A stretch of DNA of 64,000 bases from Candidatus Latescibacterota bacterium (GTDB lineage: Bacteria > Latescibacterota > UBA2968 > UBA8231), in contig OZ252098.1 of assembly GCA_965248355.1 (NCBI GenBank), positions 224,001-288,000 of the forward strand, read 5' to 3'. Position 1 is the first letter of the stretch; every line of letters begins with the position of its first letter. The notes beneath the pieces are model-generated. The model saw only the letters and a program-made list of their open reading frames with translations. It did no database searches and was not told the origin of the DNA. Shown one piece after another: positions 18,715-26,665 of the stretch. Made by a program: the position numbers and the translations under genes.

Positions 18715-18730
18715 TGCAACTCCCGTGCCG
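18715..18730 (-). promoter_or_regulatory. Putative sigma54 (-24/-12) promoter upstream of the LTD gene
   Basis: Minus strand CGGCACG-GGAG-TTGCA with exact GG-N10-GC spacing. Confidence 0.55.
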
Positions 18731-18909
18731 GCCCCCGTCCCCATGCTGAATCCCTCTGTCCTGCAGTCGGTTGGGAGATCTACTCGTGAATTCGGCCAGG
18801 CCGCGGTCGGTGTGGCCGTGGGCTCACACTCGTGGCGACGGAAGGACCCGGCCCGCAGGCATCTCCCTCCACGGAGGGCCGAAGAGGCTGGTGGGGAGCT
18901 GGAGTTGGA

Positions 18910-20352
18910 TCAGCTCCGGCGCCGCAGGGCTTCCTCGGTCAGCCGCTGCACCCCGCCGAAGCCGGCGTTGCTCATGAACAGCACCGTATCGCCCCGGGCT
19001 GCGAGGCCCGCCAGGTGCGCGGCGATCCTCTCGGCCGTGGGAAGGTGCCACGCCTCGAGGCCGCGGGACCGAAGATTCTCCACGAGACGGTCGGGCGAGA
19101 AGGGTTCCTCCCCGCCGCTGCGCTCCGGCCGCGGAACCGGCCCGACGATGACCGCATCGGCCTCGGCGAAGGCCTGCACGTAGCGCGACTCGAAGGTCGC
19201 CCTGGCGTTCGAGGCGCTGGCGGGCTCGAAGACCGCCCACAGCCGGCCGCGAGGAAAGGACCGGCGCACTCCGGCCAGGGTCTGGCCCACCGCCGTCGGA
19301 TGGTGGGCGAAGTCATCGATGAGCCTCACGCCGCCGATGGTGCCGAGGTGCTCCTGCCTGCGGCGCACCCCGGCGAAGCCGGACAGGGCGGCGCCGCAAC
19401 GCTCCGGGCCGGCTCCGGCAAAGGCGGCCGCCGCCAGCGCGCCCAGGGCATTGCGCAGGTTGTGCTCGCCGCCCAGGGACAGCCGCAGCCGGGCAAGGTG
19501 TCCCCCGGGGGCCACGAGGTCGAAGGACTGGCCCTGCTCGTCGGTCTCAACGTCGCAGGCCCGCCAGTGATTGTCGCGACCCAGGCCGAAGGTCTGCACC
19601 GGGGCCGGGGCTTCGGCCACGGTCTCGGCGACCACGGGATCATCTCCGTTGGCCAGGATGAGACCGGTCCGCGGCACCTGGTTGACGACCTGACGGAAGG
19701 CGCGGCGAATCTCGTCCAGGTCCCGGTAGATATCGGCGTGATCGAACTCGATGTTGTTGACGATGAGGACGTGGGGACGGTAGTACAGGAACTTCGCCGT
19801 CTTTGCGAAGTAGGCGCTGTCGTACTCGTCTCCCTCGATGACGAACCAGGGATCCGTGCCCAGGTGATAGGGACGGTCCAGGTCCCGCGGAAGGCCGGCC
19901 ACGAGCCAGGAGGGATCGAGCCCCCCGGACCGCAGAAGAACCGCGGCCATGGCCGTGGTGGTCGTCTTGCCGTGAGTGCCCGTGGCCACGATCGGTCGAT
20001 GGCCTGCCAGGAACAGGTCGCGCAGGATCTCGGGCAGGCTGGTGTAGGGGAGCCCGGCGTCGAGAACGGCTTCCAGCTCCGGATTGCCCCGGGAAACGGC
20101 GTTGCCCACGACGACGAGATCGGGCGCCGGATCGAGATTACCCGGATCGAATCCCTCGAAGAGGCGGATGCCCTCGGCCCGCAGAAAGTCGCTCAGGGGC
20201 GGGTAGACGTTGCGGTCGGACCCGGTGACGCGGTAGCCCCGGCTCTTCAGCAGGCCGGCCAGGGAGCCCATGGCCGTGCCGCAGGCGGCGATCAGATGGA
20301 TATGAGCGTCGGGAGAGAGTGGGATCACGTCATCCGCGGGAGCCGGGGCCAT
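18910..20352 (-). CDS. mpl: Murein peptide ligase (Mpl, MurC-like)
   Basis: HIHLIAACGTAMGSLA; GTHGKTTT; EGDEYDSAYF; EFDHADIY; DDFAHHPTAV; MSNAGFGG. Confidence 0.92.
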   Translation of the reverse strand: MAPAPADDVIPLSPDAHIHLIAACGTAMGSLAGLLKSRGYRVTGSDRNVYPPLSDFLRAEGIRLFEGFDPGNLDPAPDLVVVGNAVSRGNPELEAVLDAGLPYTSLPEILRDLFLAGHRPIVATGTHGKTTTTAMAAVLLRSGGLDPSWLVAGLPRDLDRPYHLGTDPWFVIEGDEYDSAYFAKTAKFLYYRPHVLIVNNIEFDHADIYRDLDEIRRAFRQVVNQVPRTGLILANGDDPVVAETVAEAPAPVQTFGLGRDNHWRACDVETDEQGQSFDLVAPGGHLARLRLSLGGEHNLRNALGALAAAAFAGAGPERCGAALSGFAGVRRRQEHLGTIGGVRLIDDFAHHPTAVGQTLAGVRRSFPRGRLWAVFEPASASNARATFESRYVQAFAEADAVIVGPVPRPERSGGEEPFSPDRLVENLRSRGLEAWHLPTAERIAAHLAGLAARGDTVLFMSNAGFGGVQRLTEEALRRRS

Positions 20353-20576
20353 TGGCGGGCCATTCGGCCTGATCTGGAAATATCAGGAGAGTATAGTGAC
20401 AGAAGGGCTTTCCGAGGGGCTGCCGGGGCTCCCGGTGTCGCGCGGAAAAAGCCGGCGCCATCTCCATGGCATCAGGCGACAGCCTTATCTTCGGAACAGG
20501 CATGAGGCGCCGAACGGACGCGCCCAGGCCGAGGCCCGGCTCGCCCAGGCCGATCGACAGGAGGCGAGGAGTGACG

Positions 20577-21575
20577 ATGTCAGCGGACGGCCCCATCGAT
20601 CTGTCCATCGTGGTCCCTTTGTACAACGAGGAGGAGAGCCTTGAGCCCCTGTGCGAGCAGATCGAGGCCGCCCTCTCCGGCCAGGACCTGTCCTTCGAGG
20701 TGGTCTTCGTCGACGATGGCAGCACCGACGGTTCCTTCGAGGTCCTCGGGGGGCTCGCGGGGAGCTACGGCTGGCTGCGGGCGGTTCGTTTCCGTCGCAA
20801 CTACCGCAAGGCGGCGGCCCTGGCCACAGGCTTCAAGGAGGCCCGGGGCCGGCTGGTGGCAACCCTCGACGCGGACCTGCAGGACGATCCGGCGGAGATC
20901 GCCAACCTGCTGGCCGCCCTCGAGGAAGGGGGCGGCCAGGACCTGGTGTCCGGATGGAAGAGGAAGCGTCGGGATCCGCTTACCAAGACCCTGCCGTCGA
21001 AGCTGTTCAACCTGATCACGTCGGCGGTCTCCGGCATCCGTCTGCACGACTTCAACTGCGGTCTCAAGCTGTACAGGCGCGAGGTTCTCGAGGAAGCCCT
21101 GCCGTATCTCTACGGCGAGCTCTACCGGTTCCTGCCCGCCATCGCCCACTGGGCGGGATACCGGGTGGGAGAACTGCCGGTCACCCACCACCCGCGCCGT
21201 TTCGGCCGTTCGAAGTTCGGCACCCGCCGCCTCCTCAACGGCCTGCTCGACCTGCTGTCGATCACCTTCGTGGTCCGCTTCATGTCCACGCCCATGCACG
21301 TCTTCGGCTCCCTGGGACTGTTGTGCACGCTCGGGGGCGGCGCCATCGGCGCCTATATCACCCACCTGTGGTGGCAGACCGGCACGATCCAGAACCGCCA
21401 CCCGCTGATGATGCTCGCCGTTCTTCTGATCATCGTCGGGATCCAGTTCTTCTCCACGGGCCTGCTTGGAGACATGCTCGCCAGCCTCCATCAACGGGGC
21501 GGACGAACACCGCCGATCAGGGATCGCCTGGGGCCGCACCCCGGCGCCTCCCGGGACTCCGGGAGCGGCCCCTGA
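20577..21575 (+). CDS. Glycosyltransferase family 2 (ArnC/DPM1-like polyprenol-phosphate glycosyltransferase)
   Basis: SIVVPLYNEEE; VDDGSTDGS; DADLQDDP; HDFNCGLK; two C-terminal TM helices. Confidence 0.9.
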   Translation: MSADGPIDLSIVVPLYNEEESLEPLCEQIEAALSGQDLSFEVVFVDDGSTDGSFEVLGGLAGSYGWLRAVRFRRNYRKAAALATGFKEARGRLVATLDADLQDDPAEIANLLAALEEGGGQDLVSGWKRKRRDPLTKTLPSKLFNLITSAVSGIRLHDFNCGLKLYRREVLEEALPYLYGELYRFLPAIAHWAGYRVGELPVTHHPRRFGRSKFGTRRLLNGLLDLLSITFVVRFMSTPMHVFGSLGLLCTLGGGAIGAYITHLWWQTGTIQNRHPLMMLAVLLIIVGIQFFSTGLLGDMLASLHQRGGRTPPIRDRLGPHPGASRDSGSGP

Positions 21576-21639
21576 GGCGGCGCCGGCGAGCCATCTCCCG
21601 GATGGTAAATCTGCGGCTTCGGGGGTATATTCGAGTGAG

Positions 21640-22143
21640 ATGAGCCTGCCCGACCAAACCCTGCGCCTGATCTTTCTCGATCTGCTGTTCCTGGTCCTCG
21701 CCGGAGCCATGGCCTTCTGGTTCCGGGCCTGGCTGAAGGAGCAGAAGAGGGAACTGGACCGGCGAGTGGCCTCCCTGGAGAGCCAGCAGCAGGGCCTGGC
21801 CCGGCTGGCCGAGCGGCTGGGCAACCTCTGCCGTACCCTCGAGCGGCCGGCGCCCGCCGCCTCGGAGCCCGTACCCGGGGCCCGCGGATCGGCGGCCCCG
21901 CCGCAGGCCGCCGGCGCGGCACCCTGGCCTGGGGCAGGCCTTGGCGAGAGCCGGCCCGGCAGGCCCGCAGGCGCCGGCCGGCGCCTGCGGGAGGAGCCGT
22001 CGGATCCCGGCCGCGACGCCTATCGCAGGGCCCGTGATCTCCTCGATCAGGGCCTCTCACCCGCCGAGATCTCCCGCCGCGTCGGACTGAGGATGTCGGA
22101 GGTGAATGTGTTGAAGCGGATGCGGGAGGCCGGGCGGCGGTAA
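21640..22143 (+). CDS. Single-TM coiled-coil protein with a C-terminal HTH-like (DUF2802-like) end
   Basis: N-terminal TM, coiled coil, Pro/Ala linker, then YRRARDLLDQGLSPAEISRRVGL..SEV. Confidence 0.6.
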   Translation: MSLPDQTLRLIFLDLLFLVLAGAMAFWFRAWLKEQKRELDRRVASLESQQQGLARLAERLGNLCRTLERPAPAASEPVPGARGSAAPPQAAGAAPWPGAGLGESRPGRPAGAGRRLREEPSDPGRDAYRRARDLLDQGLSPAEISRRVGLRMSEVNVLKRMREAGRR

Positions 22144-22159
22144 CGCCCGAAGGGTCGGC

Positions 22160-23215
22160 TCAGCCCTTCCGTACCAACCCGCCGAATTCCCGCAGCAGCC
22201 GATCGATCTCGCCGTCCGTACCGACGGAGATGCGCAGGCAGTCGGAGAGCCTGGGGTCGCCGCCGAAGTAGCGGACCAGGATGCGGCGTTGCCTCAGCCC
22301 CGAGGCGACGGTCCCGGCATCGACCCCGGAGGGCATCCGGGCGAGGACGAAGTTGGCCTCGGAGTCCCAGACGCGGCAGCCGTGTTCGCGGAGCGCCCGG
22401 GTCAGGCGGGAGCGCGTGGCCACGACCCGGCGCGCGTTGCTCCGCATCCATTCGATGTCGTCGAGGGCGGCCTCGGCGGCCACCTGGCTCAGGGTGTTGA
22501 CGTTGTAGTGCTCCTTCACCTTGCCCATCCCCTCGGCCAGCTCGGGGGCGGCGATGCAGAAGCCGACGCGGAGTCCGGCCAGGGAGAAGGACTTCGACAG
22601 GGTGCGGGCGACGATCACGTTGGCATGGCGGCGGACGAGGTCGACGGCGCCGCGGCGGGCGAAGTCGACGTATGCCTCGTCGACGACCAGGATACCGGAC
22701 ACCTCGGCGGCCAGGGACTCGAGATCTTCGCCGGACACGACCGTTCCCGAGGGGGAGTTCGGGTTGGGAACCAGGGTCAGGGGGGCCCTGGCGGCGGCCA
22801 GGGCGGCCGGAAGGGAGAAGTCGTCGTCGAATTCGATGGACGGCCGGCGGGCGTCCTGCAATTCGACGAGCTTGGCGTAGTACGGGTAGGTCGGCGTGGC
22901 GAAGGCCACCTCGTCCCCGGCGCCGGCAAAGCAGCGCACGGCGATGTTGAGCAGCTCGTCGGAGCCGTTGCCGACGACGAAGTGCTCCTGGCCGAGGCCG
23001 AAGAGGGCCGCCAGCCGCCGTCGCACCCCGGTGGCGCCGGCATCGGGATAGCGTCGCAGGCCTCCGTCCACGGCGGCGCGCAGGCGCGCCAGGACCAGCG
23101 GCGAAGGCGGGCAGGGGTTCTCGTTGGTATTGAGCTTGAGGTACTCCCCGTCGCCGGGCTGCTCCCCGGGGAGGTAGCCGGCCATTCCGGCGATGTGGGG
23201 AAGAAAGGGGGTCAT
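22160..23215 (-). CDS. hisC: Histidinol-phosphate aminotransferase
   Basis: KLNTNENP; GNGSDE; PNSPSG; VVDEAYVDF; RTLSKSFSLAGLRVG (PLP lysine); LRISVG. Confidence 0.93.
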   Translation of the reverse strand: MTPFLPHIAGMAGYLPGEQPGDGEYLKLNTNENPCPPSPLVLARLRAAVDGGLRRYPDAGATGVRRRLAALFGLGQEHFVVGNGSDELLNIAVRCFAGAGDEVAFATPTYPYYAKLVELQDARRPSIEFDDDFSLPAALAAARAPLTLVPNPNSPSGTVVSGEDLESLAAEVSGILVVDEAYVDFARRGAVDLVRRHANVIVARTLSKSFSLAGLRVGFCIAAPELAEGMGKVKEHYNVNTLSQVAAEAALDDIEWMRSNARRVVATRSRLTRALREHGCRVWDSEANFVLARMPSGVDAGTVASGLRQRRILVRYFGGDPRLSDCLRISVGTDGEIDRLLREFGGLVRKG

Positions 23216-23236
23216 CGGGCTCCAGGGCGGGGTGGC

Positions 23237-23266
23237 AAGGTATCCGGAGCCCGCGCACGGTGTCAA
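23237..23266 (-). promoter_or_regulatory. Putative sigma70 promoter of hisC
   Basis: TTGACA-N18-TACCTT on the minus strand. Confidence 0.5.
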
Positions 23267-23297
23267 CGGCCCCGCCCGTGCCGGCCGGAGCGGGGGT

Positions 23298-25571
23298 TTA
23301 TTCGGACTCGGCGGAACCCGGGTCTTCCGCGCGAAGCCCAGGCGGCTGCACGGCGACCTCGTCCACGCGCTGCACTTCCGTCACGCCTTCCACACCGTGC
23401 AGCTTCCTCACCACCTTCTGCAACTGCCGGGAGTCGTGCACGTCGATCCAGAACGTCTCCTCCACCATGTGGGCCAGCGTCCGGGTCTCGCAGCTGACGA
23501 TGTTGGCGCCCGTGTCGGAGATGATGCGGGTCACGTCGGACAGGAAGTACTTGCGGTCCTGTCCGCGAACGAGCAGTTGCACGGTGAAGGCCTGCTCCTC
23601 CTCGAGGTCCCAGGCCACCGGCGTGAGACGCTCCGGATCCTCGGCCAGGTCGGCGAAGTTGGGGCAGTCCGTGCGATGCACCGACAGGCCCCGGCCCCGG
23701 GTGATGAGCCCGATGATCGGGTCTCCGGGAATCGGCGTGCAGCACTTCCCGAAGTGAATCATCATGTCGTGCATGCCCTGGATGCGGATGCCGCGCTGGT
23801 CGCGGATCAGGGGTTTCACGCGCCGCTTCGGCGGGTTCGGCACGAGCCGGTTGACGACCCGGCTCACGGACAGGTAGCCGGAGCCGATGCCGGCGTAGAG
23901 GTGCTCGGTGTCGGCGAGGTTCAGGTCGGCGGCCAGCTCCTCCAGGGCCTCGCTGCCGGCGCGGTGGCGGTAGCGTTTCAGCTCGTGCTCGAGGATCTCC
24001 TGGCCAAGGCGCACGCTCTGGGAGAACTGCTCCTCCTTCAGCCAGCGGCGGATCGACTGGCGGGCCTTGGCGGTCTTGACCATCTCCAGCCACGACGGAT
24101 TCGGCTTCTGATGGGGAGAGGAGATGATCTGCACGGTGGCGCCGCTGCTCAGGGCCGTGCTCAGGGGCACGATCTGCCCGTCCACCTTCGCGGTCAGGCA
24201 GTGGAGACCGATGTCGGTGTGGATGGCGAAGGCGAAGTCGATGGGCGTCGCCTCCTTGGGCAGCTGGTGCAGGTCGCCCTTGGGCGTGAAGACGAAGATC
24301 TCGTCCTGGAACAACTCGATCTTCAGGTTCTCCATGAATTCCATGGGGTCGGTGGCGTCCCTCTGCCAGTCGAGGACCTGGCGCAGCCAGTTCATCTGCT
24401 GGTCGAGGTCGCTGCTCTCGCCGGCCGCGCCCGACTTGTAGCGCCAGTGGGCGGCGATGCCGATCTCCGCCGTGTGGTGCATCTCCCAGGTGCGGATCTG
24501 CACCTCCACGGCCATGCCCTGGGGGCCGATGACGGTGGTGTGCAGCGACTGGTACATGTTCGTCTTCGGCGTGGCGATGTAGTCCTTGAAGCGGTCCGGG
24601 ATGGGGCGGTAGAGGGTGTGCACCAGGCCCAGGGTGTGGTAGCACTCGCGCACCGTGCCGACGATGATGCGCACCGCCGTGAGGTCGTAGATCTCCTCGA
24701 AGGGTTTCACCTGGCCCCGCATCTTGTTGTAGATGCTGAAGAAGTTCTTCGGACGTCCGGTGATCTCGGCCTCGATGCCGTTGTGCCCGAGTTCCTCGGC
24801 GAGAGGGGTCTTGAAGCCGTCGATGAGGCGCTCCCGCTCCTCGCGGCGCATGGCCACCTTCTCGCGGATCTCGCGGTAGAAGTCGGGCTCGAGATGCTTG
24901 AGGCTGCGGTCCTCCAGCTCCCAGCGGATCCGGGCCAGGCCCAGGCGGTGGGCCAGGGGCGCGTAGACTTCGAGGGTCTCGTGGGAGATGCGCTGGCGCT
25001 GGTCGGCGTCGAGGGCATCCAGGGTGCGCATGTTGTGCAGCCGGTCGGCGAACTTGACCAGGATGACCCGGATGTCCTCGACCATGGACAACAGCATCTT
25101 GCGGAAGGTCTCGGCCTGGCGGGCCTCGCGGCTCTCGAGCTGGAAGCGTTCGATCTTGGTGACCCCGTCGATGAGGGCGGAGATCTTGGCCCCGAAACCG
25201 GACTCGATCTGCTCCTGTGTGACCGAGGTGTCCTCGACCACGTCGTGGAGGAGGCCGGCGGCGACGGTCGTCGAGTCGAGGCGCAACTGGGCGAGGATGC
25301 GGGCCACCTCGACGCTGTGCTGGAGGAAGGCCTCCCCCGACTTCCGGATCTGGCCGGCGTGGGCCTCGAGGGCGAAGTGGTAGGCGCGGGCCACCAGCCC
25401 GAAGTCGGCGGACTCGTTGCACGACGCCACCTCGATCAGCAGCATTTGCAGCTGCAGGTGGTCCCGCGAGTCCTCCAGCAGCTCCTCGAGGTCAGAGGTC
25501 GCCGCGGGGTCCGGCATCCCCTCCGCGTTCCGGAGAGGCGCTTCTTCGAGGGCGGTCCGGGAGGTGTTCAA
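23298..25571 (-). CDS. rel: Bifunctional (p)ppGpp synthetase/hydrolase, long RSH
   Basis: Intact HD motif (LLHDVVED), ADRLHNMRTL, RFKD synthetase motif, YQSLHT, TGS (FTPKG..ATPIDFAF), CC zinc-finger domain and ACT domain. Confidence 0.95.
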   Translation of the reverse strand: MNTSRTALEEAPLRNAEGMPDPAATSDLEELLEDSRDHLQLQMLLIEVASCNESADFGLVARAYHFALEAHAGQIRKSGEAFLQHSVEVARILAQLRLDSTTVAAGLLHDVVEDTSVTQEQIESGFGAKISALIDGVTKIERFQLESREARQAETFRKMLLSMVEDIRVILVKFADRLHNMRTLDALDADQRQRISHETLEVYAPLAHRLGLARIRWELEDRSLKHLEPDFYREIREKVAMRREERERLIDGFKTPLAEELGHNGIEAEITGRPKNFFSIYNKMRGQVKPFEEIYDLTAVRIIVGTVRECYHTLGLVHTLYRPIPDRFKDYIATPKTNMYQSLHTTVIGPQGMAVEVQIRTWEMHHTAEIGIAAHWRYKSGAAGESSDLDQQMNWLRQVLDWQRDATDPMEFMENLKIELFQDEIFVFTPKGDLHQLPKEATPIDFAFAIHTDIGLHCLTAKVDGQIVPLSTALSSGATVQIISSPHQKPNPSWLEMVKTAKARQSIRRWLKEEQFSQSVRLGQEILEHELKRYRHRAGSEALEELAADLNLADTEHLYAGIGSGYLSVSRVVNRLVPNPPKRRVKPLIRDQRGIRIQGMHDMMIHFGKCCTPIPGDPIIGLITRGRGLSVHRTDCPNFADLAEDPERLTPVAWDLEEEQAFTVQLLVRGQDRKYFLSDVTRIISDTGANIVSCETRTLAHMVEETFWIDVHDSRQLQKVVRKLHGVEGVTEVQRVDEVAVQPPGLRAEDPGSAESE

Positions 25572-25687
25572 GGGGGGGGGCGCTCACAAGCCCGGCCCGG
25601 CCGATGCGGGCTCGAAATCCGGCCTCGGGAAAACGGTGGTTACTTCATGACTGACAACGAGATACGTCATTGCGAGGCGCTGCCGCC

Positions 25688-25716
25688 AGTGTAATGAGCC
25701 CCTGGAGAGGTGTCAA
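25688..25716 (-). promoter_or_regulatory. Near-consensus sigma70 promoter for rel
   Basis: TTGACA-N17-TACACT on the minus strand; overlaps the start of the divergent NusG-II gene. Confidence 0.7.
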
Positions 25717-26095
25717 GCCGCCGCCCTGGCCCGCGCCTCCCAGCCCGGGGGACATCCTCCTCGTGGCGGCCGTGCTGGCCGCGGCGGCCCTGCTCGTGGC
25801 CCGGCCCGAGGGGCGGACGCCCCGGTCGGCGAGCGTGCGGGTGGGCCACGAGGTGGTGCGCGTCCTGCCGCTGGACGAAGGGGCGCGGCTCGACGTGACC
25901 GGGCCGGTCGGTGTGAGCCAGCTCCTGGTCGAGGACGGCCGCATCCGCGTCCTCGCATCTCCTTGCGCGCAGCAGGTCTGCGTCCGCCGGGGATGGTTGC
26001 GTCAGGTGGGAGACGTGGCGGTCTGCGTTCCCAACCGGCTCGTGGTCCGGGTCGAAGGGGCGGGCGGGCCCTCCTTCGACGGGGTCAGCCGCTGA
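25694..26095 (+). CDS. NusG domain II-containing protein (DUF1312-like)
   Basis: TM helix followed by RVLASPCAQQVCVRRGW...VCVPNRLVV with three conserved Cys. Confidence 0.85.
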   Translation: MSPWRGVKPPPWPAPPSPGDILLVAAVLAAAALLVARPEGRTPRSASVRVGHEVVRVLPLDEGARLDVTGPVGVSQLLVEDGRIRVLASPCAQQVCVRRGWLRQVGDVAVCVPNRLVVRVEGAGGPSFDGVSR

Positions 26096-26625
26096 TGGTC
26101 TCCGCCGGACGGCGCGTGGCCTTTCTGGGGCTGATGTCGGCCGTGGCCCTGATCCTGTTCGTCTTCGAGGCGGCGGTGCCGCGGCCCCTGCCGTGGATGA
26201 AGCTGGGGCTCGGCAACGCCGCCGTGCTGGCGACGCTGCTGCTCTTCGGCGGCCCTCCGGCCATCGCCGTGGGCGCCGTGAAGGTCCTCGTGGGCGGGCT
26301 GCTGAGCGGCGGTCTGGCCGGGCCGGCTTCGGTCATCGGGGGAAGCGCCGCGCTCACGAGTCTGGCCACGATGATCGGTCTCCACCGGTTCCTCCCCCGA
26401 CTGTTCAGTCCCGTGGGTCTGAGCGTGGCGGGAGCGGTCGTCCACCAGGCCACGCAGTTGCTGGTGGCCGAGATCTACCTGGCTCAGGCGGGTCTGCTCC
26501 GGCTGCTGCCCCTCTTTCTCGTGGGCGGGGTCCTGTCCGGAGCGATGACGGGACTGGTCACCTACTTCGCGGTGAGGGCGCTCATGCGAGCCGGTCACGG
26601 GAGCGGTCCCGCGGCCCGGGGATGA
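26095..26625 (+). CDS. Gx transporter family protein (heptaprenyl-PP synthase component I-like)
   Basis: EAAVPRPLPWMKLGLGN; GLSVAGAVVHQATQL; TGATG coupling to the upstream gene. Confidence 0.85.
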   Translation: MVSAGRRVAFLGLMSAVALILFVFEAAVPRPLPWMKLGLGNAAVLATLLLFGGPPAIAVGAVKVLVGGLLSGGLAGPASVIGGSAALTSLATMIGLHRFLPRLFSPVGLSVAGAVVHQATQLLVAEIYLAQAGLLRLLPLFLVGGVLSGAMTGLVTYFAVRALMRAGHGSGPAARG

Positions 26626-26665
26626 ATTGCGGGCCTGTGGCCGTTTGCCGATCATTGGCCCGGTC

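Noticed and set aside
18650-18909. Possible riboswitch or ncRNA in the long intergenic region
   Set aside because: No match by eye to c-di-GMP, TPP, cobalamin, SAM or T-box cores; an Rfam scan would be needed.
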